Shown here piece by piece: positions 27,902-38,127 of a stretch of 64,000 bases of DNA. A model generated the notes under the pieces. It saw nothing but the letters and a program-made list of their open reading frames with translations, did not search any database and was not told the origin of the DNA. How positions within the stretch are numbered: position 1 is the stretch's first letter; the number at the start of each line of letters is the position of its first letter. The DNA lies in assembly GCA_001821765.1 (NCBI GenBank), contig MHOA01000013.1, forward strand, positions 15,456 to 79,455. Reading direction: 5' to 3'. Both the position numbers and the translations under genes were made by a program. Origin of the DNA: Candidatus Ryanbacteria bacterium RIFCSPLOWO2_12_FULL_44_26 (GTDB lineage: Bacteria > Patescibacteriota > Minisyncoccia > Ryanbacterales > HO2-45-13).

Positions 27902-29188
27902 TTATTTTTTAAAAAGCAGAAAGGGCAGGAAATAATTTGCGAATCTCCCGATAATTCTTCCCCCCACCGCTCCCCAGATGCCGTAGGATGGAATAAGCAC
28001 GAGGAGTGCGAGAATCTGTATGAAAGGAACCGCAGTATTGTATGCGTATATCTTTTTCATGTTTCCTTCCGCTTTGAGCGCCGCGTTAAAGACACCAAAC
28101 GGAAAAGGGATAAGTGAAAGAGTAAAAATTTGTGAGAAGAGAACTGATTCCATGTATTTTGGAAATAGGACACGGAACAAAACAGGCGCTGCGAGTATAT
28201 ATATCACAACCAGCACGCCGGTTAGTATTGATGCTTTCAGCGCCTTTCCGGGAAGAGTTTTTTTGAGTTCTTGTGTTGTGTGTCTATCATTCGTTTTCAA
28301 CGAGAGTTTCGGAAATACAACAGTTTGGACAGTGCTTAAAAAAGCCTTCATTTGTTCTGGAATTGCGATTGCAAAAGAATACACAGCCAGCGCGCTTGAG
28401 CCGAGGAGGTTATAGAGAATGATTGCGTCAAGGTAATTTGAAGCAGTCTGTGGTACGTAGAGCGCGCTTAATTTTAGGCCGTATCTGATTGATTCCGGAT
28501 CATCAACGCTTTCTTTTGATATGAGCCGTACCGTTTTTCGGTAGAATATTGCGCTTGGAATTGCATGAGAAAGGAAATAGGTGCTTATAAGAAGTATCAT
28601 GCTTTGAGCATGCGGAAGCTTCCATACAATAATTGCAACCATCGCGCTCATCATAGAAAGGCCATAGATAACGTGCGCCCAGATGTTGTAGTATGTTTTT
28701 TTTCGAAATTTCATTTTACCTTCAAAAAACCCTCTCCAGACGCTCAAGCTTTCATTAAACGGCGCGATGAATGAGGCGATGACGAACGCCGCTCCAAGCA
28801 CCGCGTTTCCTTGCCAAAAAAGATAACTTCCGATGAGGATTCCCGACAGGGTAATTCCAAAAGATGAAAAAAGTATAATCCGCGCACCTCTTATGAACGC
28901 ATAATCGTAGCCGCGGGAAACAGCTCTTCGGATTGCAACACCCATCCCCGGAAGCGCAAAAACACCCAATAAGCCCAAAACGCTCAGAACGTATCGGTAG
29001 TCGCCATATGCGTCTTTAAGCAGGAACCGGGCGTATAGCATTGAAAGCGCCAGAGCAATGATGGTCCCGATCGCTTTTCCTAGTATCAGCCAAAAACTCC
29101 CGCGCGCTACATAGGCGGTGTCTATTTTGAGAAAGCGTTCCAGCGCCTTGAGCGCGCTTTCCATAACGCGCATCCCTCTAGAGATCAT
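27902..29188 (-). CDS. Wzx-like (MOP superfamily) polysaccharide/oligosaccharide flippase
   Basis: About 12 TM helices. The N-terminal region matches polysaccharide biosynthesis protein (PF01943-like) architecture. Confidence 0.65.
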   Translation of the reverse strand: MISRGMRVMESALKALERFLKIDTAYVARGSFWLILGKAIGTIIALALSMLYARFLLKDAYGDYRYVLSVLGLLGVFALPGMGVAIRRAVSRGYDYAFIRGARIILFSSFGITLSGILIGSYLFWQGNAVLGAAFVIASFIAPFNESLSVWRGFFEGKMKFRKKTYYNIWAHVIYGLSMMSAMVAIIVWKLPHAQSMILLISTYFLSHAIPSAIFYRKTVRLISKESVDDPESIRYGLKLSALYVPQTASNYLDAIILYNLLGSSALAVYSFAIAIPEQMKAFLSTVQTVVFPKLSLKTNDRHTTQELKKTLPGKALKASILTGVLVVIYILAAPVLFRVLFPKYMESVLFSQIFTLSLIPFPFGVFNAALKAEGNMKKIYAYNTAVPFIQILALLVLIPSYGIWGAVGGRIIGRFANYFLPFLLFKK

Positions 29189-29298
29189 GGCTCTATGTAT
29201 ATCGGTATACCGTTACAGAAGAGAAAATCTTTGGATTGTGTCATAACGGCAAGTTTAATGTACGGAAATCATCAATGTTCCGTTTCGTAAAACACATT

Positions 29299-29970
29299 TC
29301 AATATTCGACGGTATCCTTGCCGCTCATCAGTTCTACAGACTCAACTCCGCGAGCTTGACGGAGCTCATCAACAAGCCGTGATGCATAAGAAGGATCGGT
29401 GAGCTGAATGCCGAGGGTAAATTCTCTTAAGCCGTCATGGAGCGTTTTAACTGAAATAGTATGTAAGCCCTTAAGCGATGTTTTCCAAGGGCCGGTTTCT
29501 TCGGGTATGAATGGTTCTCGAGCGGCAATAACAAGAATATGTCCCCCGCGGCTTACTGAAGCAAAATCAAATTGGTACAGAATCAGAATAATAACAGAGA
29601 CAAGGAGTGTTCCGATGGTGGCAACCGTATAATTACTGGTCCCGACTGCTACGCCGATTGCCAGAGAAAAGAACACAAAAGCAATGTCGCGCGTCTCTTT
29701 TACGATCGTTCGGAAGCGGATAAGAGCAAAGGCGCCTAAAAGGGCAAAGGCGCCCACAATATTTTCCGCCACAACCATCATAATGAGGCTCGCAATGATT
29801 CCCATCAAAACAATGGTAAAAACAAACGACTGCGAATAGGACAGCGTTCGGTGGGTTTTTCGGTATACCCATGCAATAATAAGTTCCAGGAAAAACACAT
29901 ACAGAATATTCAGCACAACGACAGCCGCATTAATTTCCGTTTCTGCGAGTAAAAGAAAGTTATCAAACAT
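29299..29970 (-). CDS. DUF4956-family membrane protein
   Basis: Four to five TM helices. The conserved core ALLGAFALIRFRTIVKETRDIAFVFFSLAIGVAVGT is DUF4956-like. Confidence 0.55.
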   Translation of the reverse strand: MFDNFLLLAETEINAAVVVLNILYVFFLELIIAWVYRKTHRTLSYSQSFVFTIVLMGIIASLIMMVVAENIVGAFALLGAFALIRFRTIVKETRDIAFVFFSLAIGVAVGTSNYTVATIGTLLVSVIILILYQFDFASVSRGGHILVIAAREPFIPEETGPWKTSLKGLHTISVKTLHDGLREFTLGIQLTDPSYASRLVDELRQARGVESVELMSGKDTVEY

Positions 29971-29985
29971 ACGACATATTATAAC

Positions 29986-30693
29986 TTATCGTGGGATAGG
30001 ATGGAAGCGATATACGGATTCCACCGCCTCTGCGTATTTTGAAAATGTGGTTCGGGAAAGTTGAAATTCATCAAGCAGCCGGCGGAACCAGTAGGGTAGA
30101 GGGTTGGCAAATTTTACTTCCATCACAATAAAGCCCGGATGCACCCGTGTGGTAGCATGCGGCACTCTTAAGTCAGATGTCTTCGACGCTTCTATTTTTG
30201 AGTCAATTGTTATTCTAAGATCACTTCTTCCTTTAGAGATATAAGGACGCCGGATGTAGCGCACCATAACTGATGGTTTCATCCTTTGGGTGAGAAGCGG
30301 CAAAAAGGTCGGATGGGAGGTGACCAACGGCACGCGTGATCCATAAAGCAATGTTTCATAGGTCCGCGCGTCAAGCAGCACCCTTTTTTTAAAAACAACC
30401 ATCTCATATTTTTCCTTTTTCTCAAGCCATATCTCTGGTGTATGTTCGTTGAGGAATGGCGCATAAATGCGCACTCTGATTTTTTTTCTTCTTAGAAGTC
30501 CGCCCGCTTTGTCTAAATAGTCTTCCATTGTCGGCGTGTCAAAATAAAGACTTGTCACGGGATAGGCGTTTTGATGATATGAGACGCTATTCGGATCGGA
30601 CTGCAAGCCGTTTTGAAGAAGCTTATTGCAGATTAACCCCTCCGTTGATTCAGGGAGAATGTATTTAAACTCATAACGGCTAAAATGTTGCAT
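29986..30693 (-). CDS. VTC-domain (polyphosphate polymerase-like, triphosphate tunnel) protein
   Basis: MQHFSRYEFKYILPES...TSLYFDTPTMEDY...LRRKKIRVRIY matches the VTC/CYTH-like domain signature. Confidence 0.6.
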   Translation of the reverse strand: MQHFSRYEFKYILPESTEGLICNKLLQNGLQSDPNSVSYHQNAYPVTSLYFDTPTMEDYLDKAGGLLRRKKIRVRIYAPFLNEHTPEIWLEKKEKYEMVVFKKRVLLDARTYETLLYGSRVPLVTSHPTFLPLLTQRMKPSVMVRYIRRPYISKGRSDLRITIDSKIEASKTSDLRVPHATTRVHPGFIVMEVKFANPLPYWFRRLLDEFQLSRTTFSKYAEAVESVYRFHPIPR

Positions 30694-30870
30694 GTTTATT
30701 TAACGCGTGAATACTTGTCTGCTGTTTTGGGTGTATCAAAGTGAAGGGTTGTCATCGAATAGGTGTTATCTTCGAAAAAGCGGTTTTTTTCGGATTTGGT
30801 TCCATGCCATGTCTTATTAGGACTTTCCGAATTTCTTCCGCAGCCCTTTTAAGACAGAGTGCATTGAAAC

Positions 30871-32190
30871 TCAAAGCGGGTACATTTCGTCTGCATATTT
30901 ATATATAAGAGCATTGTTTTCCTTAAGCATGGATTGAAGTGTGAGAAAGTTGTGTTTATAAATCTCGCGGTCTTCCCGGACTTGTTTTTGGGCTTCAAAC
31001 GATGTTTGTATTTTGGAAGTGTCACTATATATCTCTGGCAGTATTATTTCTGTCATTTCATCGTAAAAAGCAAGGTCATCTTCCAGATTTTTTATATCTA
31101 GAACATAGGATCGTGCCAAATCTTCAAACCGTTCCCTAAACGCTTCACTGGCGATGAGTCTGTTTACGATGCGATGTTCTGTAAGATCAATCGCGCCATT
31201 CATTGCCGTTAAATGCGCGTCAAAAAAGACCGGCTCAAACTTTTCGGACTCCTCGTTGTAGAAGAAATTAAGATTATCATAATTACCCTGATGGAAGTTA
31301 CCGGAGAGTACTGATAGCAATGTCCATCTTAAAAAAACGTCGGTATCAAGAATTGTTCCGATCTCTTTTTCAAATTCTTGCTTCGTGGATTTAGCTGTGA
31401 GGGCAAGGAGTTTCATCAGCTCCGGATATGTCTCACCTGAGCGTTCCGGTTCGTCGCGGTCATACCACTGGCCTGCTGCTTCAGTGGTCAGGCGGTCTTT
31501 AGCGCCCTTGATATTTTTAACGCTAAAAACGCGTCCGTCGAGTTCTTCCCATCCTTCAATGAGAATATACACGCCCATGTCTTTTTTATTTACATATAGT
31601 CTCACCGGCTCTGCCTGCAGGGTTAATACATCGTGCTTATTACCGAGATGATTCCAAAGCATAGCTTTTATCCATCCTTTATCCTCACCGATAAAAAAGC
31701 GAAAAACCCTTCGTCCATCAAGCTGGGCGTCAATGGGGAGTTGCACATGCCATGATTTCTTAAGAGCATTCCAGTGGTTCGGCGAATTTCCTCTGTAGCG
31801 GATTTTGGCGTTCGCAGTTGTATACGTTCCGTGACGAAATTCCGCTTTTACTGTCTTTTTGAATTCTTCATAAAGTCTGTTCTCTTCAGGGTAGTTAGGA
31901 AGATTGTTGATGAGGTTAAGGCGATCGTTTTGAGTCAGCGTGATTTTATAGATTGGAAGAGTTGATTTGCGAAATGAGACGCGAACAAGATACGGGAAAT
32001 CCGTTATCTTTTTCAGTGAACGCCATGTAGGAGAAAAGTGTCGTATCAACGGATTTAAGTTAGAAGAAATGCCATCCAGGCGCGTTACTGTATTGCCATG
32101 CGTTATAATACCGATAAGGAAAAGTGTCATTATTATAAGTCCTGTAAAAAAGAGCCGTTTTCGCATTTTCATTGAGGATAATGCTAGCAT
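30871..32190 (-). CDS. CotH-family atypical protein kinase-like protein
   Basis: LLSVLSGNFHQGNYDNLNFFYNEESEKFEPVFFDAHL resembles the CotH DWD...NNYYLY...WDLD core. N-terminal signal/TM segment. Confidence 0.6.
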   Translation of the reverse strand: MLALSSMKMRKRLFFTGLIIMTLFLIGIITHGNTVTRLDGISSNLNPLIRHFSPTWRSLKKITDFPYLVRVSFRKSTLPIYKITLTQNDRLNLINNLPNYPEENRLYEEFKKTVKAEFRHGTYTTANAKIRYRGNSPNHWNALKKSWHVQLPIDAQLDGRRVFRFFIGEDKGWIKAMLWNHLGNKHDVLTLQAEPVRLYVNKKDMGVYILIEGWEELDGRVFSVKNIKGAKDRLTTEAAGQWYDRDEPERSGETYPELMKLLALTAKSTKQEFEKEIGTILDTDVFLRWTLLSVLSGNFHQGNYDNLNFFYNEESEKFEPVFFDAHLTAMNGAIDLTEHRIVNRLIASEAFRERFEDLARSYVLDIKNLEDDLAFYDEMTEIILPEIYSDTSKIQTSFEAQKQVREDREIYKHNFLTLQSMLKENNALIYKYADEMYPL

Positions 32191-32249
32191 GGATACGTCT
32201 GCATTTCAATATAACGTATGGTAAGTTGAATAAGTATATCAATTTTTCT

Positions 32250-32498
32250 ATGATGGCTTATATGAAGCTTTTTCAATACTTTACAGTTTTGATTATTCTT
32301 ATTGTTTCTTTTGTCTTTTTCTTCCCGAGAAATTCTTATGCATACCTTGATCCCGGAACATTCAGCTATTTCATACAGATGTTGGTTGCGGTGTTGGCTG
32401 GGATAGGTGTTGCGGTGAAAGTCTCTTGGACAAGTATTAAAGGCGTGTTTTTAAAATTATTTTCAAAAAAGAAACAGGATGAAAAAGATAGCGCGTGA
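32250..32498 (+). CDS. Small 2-TM membrane protein (hypothetical)
   Basis: Start chosen at MMAYMKLF. Two hydrophobic helices. The 3' end overlaps the downstream gene start by 20 nt, suggesting coupling. Confidence 0.3.
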   Translation: MMAYMKLFQYFTVLIILIVSFVFFFPRNSYAYLDPGTFSYFIQMLVAVLAGIGVAVKVSWTSIKGVFLKLFSKKKQDEKDSA

Positions 32499-33636
32499 GT
32501 TCGCTGATATATACCGTTTTTTCTGGAAGACCCCCATTGGAGAAAGAAGCGTTGTCTTTTATGCAGAGCATGAAGGCTACTTTGCATATTTTGAAGGACT
32601 CATTCGAGAACTCACCGAGTTGCGCGGATTGACTATTGCCTATATCACTTCAGACGTCAAAGACCCCATCTTCTCAATGGAAGCGGCAAAGAAAGGGAAG
32701 ATTTTTCCTTTTTATATCAGGACGCTTCTCCCTTATTTCATGTTATTTGTTCATTCAAAAGTTTTTGTGATGACCATGACCGATCTTGGACAATTCCATA
32801 TCAAAAGGTCCATAAACCAAGTACATTATGTTTATTTGTTCCATGCCCTTGTAAGTACGCATATGGCGTATAGAGAAAGCGCCTTTGATAGCTATGATAC
32901 AATCTTGTGTGCAGGCCCGCATCAGGTAGCTGAGATTCGTCAAAGGGAAAAGTTGAAGCAATTGCCCCCCAAAAATCTTATGGAGGCGGGATACTATCGC
33001 CTGGAGCGTATTTATAATTCGTATAAGAATTTTAAGCACAAGAGGAGAGATGATAAAAAAGTTATACTTATAGCTCCTTCATGGGGTAAAGACAATGTGC
33101 TTGAGGCCTGCGGCGGATATCTTATTGATAAATTATTAAACGCCGGATATGAAGTGATTGTTCGGCCACATCCGGAAACAATACGTCGTTTCCCGAAATT
33201 GGTTGATTCGTTTGCTGTCAGATTCGGCAATAATGATTTTTTTACACTTGAGAGATCGGTTGCATCAGATGATTCTATTCTACGTGCTGATGTTTTGATA
33301 AGCGACACCTCTGGTATTACTCTTGAATATTCATTTGGCACTGAACGGCCTGTTTTATTTATAGACGTACCACCAAAAGTGAGAAATGAAAATTTTAGAG
33401 AATTGGAAATAAAACCCATAGAACTGGCACTCCGGGATAAAATTGGTATTATTGTTTCTCCCAAAAAACTGGATGATATAGATCAGATGATTGATAATCT
33501 CATTTCAAAAAAAGATGATTATCAAGAAAGCATCAGAGTCTTGCGGGCCCAATATGTCTATGCATTCGGCCAATCTTCAAAAATCAGCTCTAAATACATA
33601 ACTGACCTCATCACACAAAATGTCCAAAAAGCGTGA
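32479..33636 (+). CDS. TagB/TagF-family (CDP-alcohol-dependent) glycerophospho-/phosphonotransferase-like protein
   Basis: VILIAPSWGKDN...VIVRPHP...ADVLISDTSGITLEYSFGTERPVLFID resembles the Glyphos_transf C-terminal core. Confidence 0.45.
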   Translation: MKKIAREFADIYRFFWKTPIGERSVVFYAEHEGYFAYFEGLIRELTELRGLTIAYITSDVKDPIFSMEAAKKGKIFPFYIRTLLPYFMLFVHSKVFVMTMTDLGQFHIKRSINQVHYVYLFHALVSTHMAYRESAFDSYDTILCAGPHQVAEIRQREKLKQLPPKNLMEAGYYRLERIYNSYKNFKHKRRDDKKVILIAPSWGKDNVLEACGGYLIDKLLNAGYEVIVRPHPETIRRFPKLVDSFAVRFGNNDFFTLERSVASDDSILRADVLISDTSGITLEYSFGTERPVLFIDVPPKVRNENFRELEIKPIELALRDKIGIIVSPKKLDDIDQMIDNLISKKDDYQESIRVLRAQYVYAFGQSSKISSKYITDLITQNVQKA

Positions 33637-33768
33637 TATAGTCCTTTGCGTGTATCGGCGCGATCTCTGAAGCAGCGGGCGATTTATTGCCCGTTTTTTA
33701 TTTCTAAATTTTTAACAAATAAAAAGGCGCTTGATCATTTGCCGAATGAGAGCAAGCGCCGAGTTGAA

Positions 33769-35241
33769 TTAACGTGCATTTTCCTCAAAAGGAAAATCCG
33801 TTATGCTGATTCTCCGGCTTCGTTCCAGGAGTCTTGCATGTATTATTTCCAAAAGTCCCTCCCTGAGAATGCCTTGTTTTAAGGCAAGCACGGTCCAGGC
33901 AGGACATAAAGGATCCTCTCTTTTCTCGCTGTAGTTATGAAGATTTGGATTTTGGGTGAGCAGCCCCGTGTTCGTGTCTACCTTGGAATAAGCTGACCGT
34001 GTGGCACACCCCCCTTGGCATAGGTTGTTTGCGTACAGATCGCAAACCTCAGGTGAGCAGACATAGGTGCCATAGCCCTTTGCGAATTCTTTTCGGTAAG
34101 CGCGCAATTTTTTGCCTTTTACGATGTTCTCCAGAGAGAAATTCTTGTTAAACACGTTTCCAAAAGTGTATCTTTCGGTTGTATCTCTGCCGGGAGATTC
34201 CGAACAAGCTGTTACATCTCCATTAGCTCTTATGTGGAGACCTGATCTATTCCTGTTGCAGGTTTTGTTGTAGGTAAAGGCTGAGCGCGGGGTCCAGGCT
34301 ATGCCAAATTTTTCTTTATCTATTCTTGAGATAAGATCATAAAGGACTTTTACATGTGGAGAGTGTATACCGGCTTCTTGCTCCTTGCTTTCAGCGCCAC
34401 CGCAATAGTGAATAGGAACAATGGAGTGATCAAACCCGTTTTCCATAACCCACATGTGCAGATCAAGCATGCTGTCAAATGTGGCGTGATTAAGCACTGA
34501 ATTTACCACTAATCTTAAGTTGGGGTTTTTGCCGTACCCTGCGGCGATCAGATTCTCATAGCCTCTTTGCATTCTTTGAAATGCACCGGGTTGATTGACT
34601 AGGAAATCCTGGAGTTCTGGTATTAAGGTATCGCCCTTCGTGCATAGCCCAACTTCATAATCTCTAAACCTTTTTGCAACCTCTGGTGTTATCAGCGCAA
34701 CATCATCAAAGGTAAGGAGTTTGGGCTTCTTGCCTTTGCACGCGTAAACATTGATTATCATCTCTACAACCCTGAAAAAATGATCCCTCACCCCCTTTTG
34801 TTTTCCTAGTTCCGGATCCTTGTATAATAGCGGCTCCCCACCCGTAAGAATAAACAGGCTTGTTCCCAGATCTCGAGCTTCTTCGGTTATCGATCTTATC
34901 ATACGGAATGGCAGATATTCACTCTGCCTTGGGCCGGAGTTGGCGAAACACCATTGGCATTCGAAGTTACATCCCCGGGTGAGCATATAATCCAGTGAAG
35001 TAAGCTCAATACCCTCATTGATCATGCTGATAAGCTTGTCTGGTGCAATGCCTCCCATGCCCGGATGTAGATCCACGACAGCTCCTCTTAAAGCGCGAAT
35101 TGACACGATCTCTTTTGTGGAGAGACTGTATACTTTCTCTCCCTTTTTGGGCTCCTTCAGAGGTTCTGTAAAAATCGGCTCTTTCTTAAACAAGTCTGGG
35201 TTCAGTAACGCCTTTAGTGTATCAGTCATAGGAACTTTCAT
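33769..35241 (-). CDS. Radical SAM enzyme with C-terminal SPASM/twitch auxiliary-cluster domain
   Basis: CNFECQWC (CxxxCxxC), LILTGGEPLLY, and a C-terminal cysteine cluster CSPEVCDLYANNLCQGGC plus CNRNRSG...ACSESPG. There is an N-terminal extension of about 110 aa. Confidence 0.75.
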   Translation of the reverse strand: MKVPMTDTLKALLNPDLFKKEPIFTEPLKEPKKGEKVYSLSTKEIVSIRALRGAVVDLHPGMGGIAPDKLISMINEGIELTSLDYMLTRGCNFECQWCFANSGPRQSEYLPFRMIRSITEEARDLGTSLFILTGGEPLLYKDPELGKQKGVRDHFFRVVEMIINVYACKGKKPKLLTFDDVALITPEVAKRFRDYEVGLCTKGDTLIPELQDFLVNQPGAFQRMQRGYENLIAAGYGKNPNLRLVVNSVLNHATFDSMLDLHMWVMENGFDHSIVPIHYCGGAESKEQEAGIHSPHVKVLYDLISRIDKEKFGIAWTPRSAFTYNKTCNRNRSGLHIRANGDVTACSESPGRDTTERYTFGNVFNKNFSLENIVKGKKLRAYRKEFAKGYGTYVCSPEVCDLYANNLCQGGCATRSAYSKVDTNTGLLTQNPNLHNYSEKREDPLCPAWTVLALKQGILREGLLEIIHARLLERSRRISITDFPFEENAR

Positions 35242-35373
35242 TATCTTCCTCCTCTTTATGTTAAATAACAGCCATGTTCAAGGTATCACTCTTTTCAACA
35301 ATTGTAAAAGCAAATAGTGACGGAATAAGCGTTTTATGGTATGTATGGTATGTAATAGTGGCAAGAAATTGAT

Positions 35374-36984
35374 ATGACGAGCCGAGCAACAAAATTTCGT
35401 GAACTTTTAAATTCCGGTAAGCTGGAGTTTCTTTGTGAAGCCCATAACGGTATTTCTGCAAAGATTGTTGAAGAAGCCGGTTTTAAAGGGATTTGGGCAA
35501 GCAGTCTCACCATTTCCGCAGCGATGGGCGTTCGCGACAATAACGAGGCAAGCTGGACACAGATTTTGGAGGTATTGGAATTTATGAATGATGCGACGAC
35601 CATTCCGATTTTGCTTGATGCGGATACGGGATACGGCAATTTTAATAACGTGAGGCGGCTGGTCAAAAAATTAGAACAGCGCAACATCGCCGCTGTATGT
35701 ATAGAGGACAAGCGGTTTCCGAAAACAAACAGTTTATTGGCGGGCGGACGTCAGGAGCTTGCGGATATTGATGAATTCTGCGGGAAAATTAAAGCGGCAA
35801 AAGATACTCAAACCAATCCGGATTTTTCTGTTATAGCTCGCGTTGAGGCTTTTATTGCGGGTTTAGGACTTGATGAGGCTTTAAAGCGTGCAGGCGCCTA
35901 TCATCGGGCAGGCGCAGACGGCATTTTGATTCACAGTAAATCCAAGAAACCTGATGAAGTACTCGCTTTTAAAAAAGAATGGGGAGATCGTTCCCCGGTG
36001 ATTATTGTACCGACCGCATATTATACAACCCCTGTTGAGGTTTTTGAGGAGGCAGGTTTCGGTATCGTCATCTGGGCAAATATGATTTTGCGAGGCGCTG
36101 TGAAGGCCATGAAGGAAGCATCAAGTCATTTAGCGCGAGAAAAATCCCTTCTTACCCTTGAAGATCATATTGTCCCCATTACGGAAATTTTCCGGCTTCA
36201 GGGGTCAGACGAGCTTAAATTTGCAGAGGAGCGTTATCTTCCAGTGGCTGGAGAACATGTCCGGGCTGTTATTCTTGCTGCGTCCCGCGGCAAAGAGTTT
36301 GGTTCCCTAACCGCTCAAAAGCCAAAAGCTCTTTTAGAGGTTGCCGGCAGGCCGATATTGTATAAACAAATAGACACGCTTCGCGAGATTGGCGTGAAAG
36401 ATGTTACGGTAGTGCGCGGGTTTCAAAAAGAAATGATCAACGCTCCACGCATTCGTTATATTGACAATGATGAATACGAAAGCACACAAGAAGTTGTTTC
36501 GTTATGGAAAGGAGTTCAAAACACGTCAGGAAAAACCATCATCGCATACGGCGACATTCTGTACAAAAAATATATACCCACCACCCTTCTTGAAACGGAC
36601 GGCGATTTTGTTATTGCTGTTGATTCGGACTGGAAGTCAAGTTATGAGAAAGGGCGCTATGCAGATTTTGTTTCCTGTTCCGAGCCTTATCAGAAGAAGG
36701 TGTTTGATCAAAAAGTATGGCTGAAGGACATGGGGACAACCCTTGCGCGCGATAGTATTTGCGGAGAGTGGATTGGCCTTCTTTCGGTTTCTGCCGGAGG
36801 CCTTGAAACGCTTCAAAACGTACTTGGAGATTTATCTAAGAAAGATGACTTTGGAAAAATGCGTATGGCCGAACTTTTTCGCGAGCTTATCAAACGAGGA
36901 CATGAAATGAAGGTGTTATATATTCTCGGACACTGGCTTGATGTAGATGACATTATGGATCTTAGCGAGGCCAGTGTGTTCTAG
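35374..36984 (+). CDS. pepM: Phosphoenolpyruvate mutase fused to a C-terminal nucleotidyltransferase (phosphonate cytidylyltransferase-like) domain
   Basis: The N-terminal half carries the PEP mutase motif [12 protein letters not shown] (EDKxxxKxNS) and [10 protein letters not shown]. The C-terminal half has [32 protein letters not shown], an NTP-transferase fold. Confidence 0.85.
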   Translation: MTSRATKFRELLNSGKLEFLCEAHNGISAKIVEEAGFKGIWASSLTISAAMGVRDNNEASWTQILEVLEFMNDATTIPILLDADTGYGNFNNVRRLVKKLEQRNIAAVCIEDKRFPKTNSLLAGGRQELADIDEFCGKIKAAKDTQTNPDFSVIARVEAFIAGLGLDEALKRAGAYHRAGADGILIHSKSKKPDEVLAFKKEWGDRSPVIIVPTAYYTTPVEVFEEAGFGIVIWANMILRGAVKAMKEASSHLAREKSLLTLEDHIVPITEIFRLQGSDELKFAEERYLPVAGEHVRAVILAASRGKEFGSLTAQKPKALLEVAGRPILYKQIDTLREIGVKDVTVVRGFQKEMINAPRIRYIDNDEYESTQEVVSLWKGVQNTSGKTIIAYGDILYKKYIPTTLLETDGDFVIAVDSDWKSSYEKGRYADFVSCSEPYQKKVFDQKVWLKDMGTTLARDSICGEWIGLLSVSAGGLETLQNVLGDLSKKDDFGKMRMAELFRELIKRGHEMKVLYILGHWLDVDDIMDLSEASVF

Positions 36985-36993
36985 TTTGCGTAT

Positions 36994-38127
36994 ATGCTTC
37001 AATGTGACGCGTTTTATAATTTATTAAAAAAACATGGCATAACTTTTTTTACTGGTGTTCCGGATTCGCTTTTAAAAGATTTCTGCGCATACGTGGCGGA
37101 TCATACGGATCCTAAAAATAATATTGTCGCCGCTAATGAAGGAGGGGCAGTTGCTTTGGCTGCAGGACATCATTTGGCAACAGGAAACATTGGTTTGGTG
37201 TATATGCAAAATGCAGGCGTGGGCAATGCTGTAAACCCTCTTGTGTCTCTTGTTGACGGGGAAGTGTACAGTATTCCGGTTCTTTTATTTATTGGATGGA
37301 GGGGAGAGCCGGGCGTAAAGGACGAGCCGCAGCATATAAAGCAAGGCAGGATTACCATCCCTTTATTGGAAGTTCTCGGAATTCCGCACGAAGTGCTCCC
37401 GGATGTTTTTGAGGAAGCAAAACGCGTCTTAAAAAAAGCAGTTGGTTCTATGACCCAAAGAAGCGCTCCCTACGTATTCATTATAAGAAAAGGCATCTTT
37501 GAGCCCTACCTCTTAAAGAAAAAAGAATATTCCTCGTATAAACTTACGCGGGAGCGCGTTATCCAGTCCATTGCCGGGCAATTGGACAACAGAGACATTG
37601 TCATCAGCACAACCGGAAAAACATCCAGGGAACTGTTTGAATATAGAGAAAGGGTTGGGCAAGATCATTCAACAGATTTTTTGACTGTTGGGTCCATGGG
37701 GCATGTCTCTCAAATCGCGCTTGGTCTTGCTTTATCAAAACCAAAAAGAAACGTTTATTGTTTGGATGGTGATGGTTCTCTCATCATGCATATGGGTTCT
37801 TTGGCCATAAATGGCACACGAGCGCCTAAAAACTTTAAGCATATTGTCTTAAATAACGGAGCGCATGACTCTGTCGGGGGACAGCCGACTGCCGGTTTTA
37901 AGATTGACATTGTTTCTATTGCTAAGGCATGTGGTTATAAGGCAGCTTTTGCGGCGGAAGTGGAAAACGAACTTCTAGAAAAGATACATACACTTAAAGA
38001 AACGGCAGGACCTGTATTGTTGGAGGTGAGAATCAATACGGGAAGCCGCAAAGACCTCGGACGACCGACAATAGATCCTAAAGAAAGTAAAAAGGCATTT
38101 ACAAAATTTCTTCAGGATAATGATTAG
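36994..38127 (+). CDS. ppd: Phosphonopyruvate decarboxylase (TPP-dependent)
   Basis: TPP-binding GDGSLIMHMGSL...NNGAHDSVGGQ. About 375 aa. Immediately downstream of pepM. Confidence 0.85.
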   Translation: MLQCDAFYNLLKKHGITFFTGVPDSLLKDFCAYVADHTDPKNNIVAANEGGAVALAAGHHLATGNIGLVYMQNAGVGNAVNPLVSLVDGEVYSIPVLLFIGWRGEPGVKDEPQHIKQGRITIPLLEVLGIPHEVLPDVFEEAKRVLKKAVGSMTQRSAPYVFIIRKGIFEPYLLKKKEYSSYKLTRERVIQSIAGQLDNRDIVISTTGKTSRELFEYRERVGQDHSTDFLTVGSMGHVSQIALGLALSKPKRNVYCLDGDGSLIMHMGSLAINGTRAPKNFKHIVLNNGAHDSVGGQPTAGFKIDIVSIAKACGYKAAFAAEVENELLEKIHTLKETAGPVLLEVRINTGSRKDLGRPTIDPKESKKAFTKFLQDND

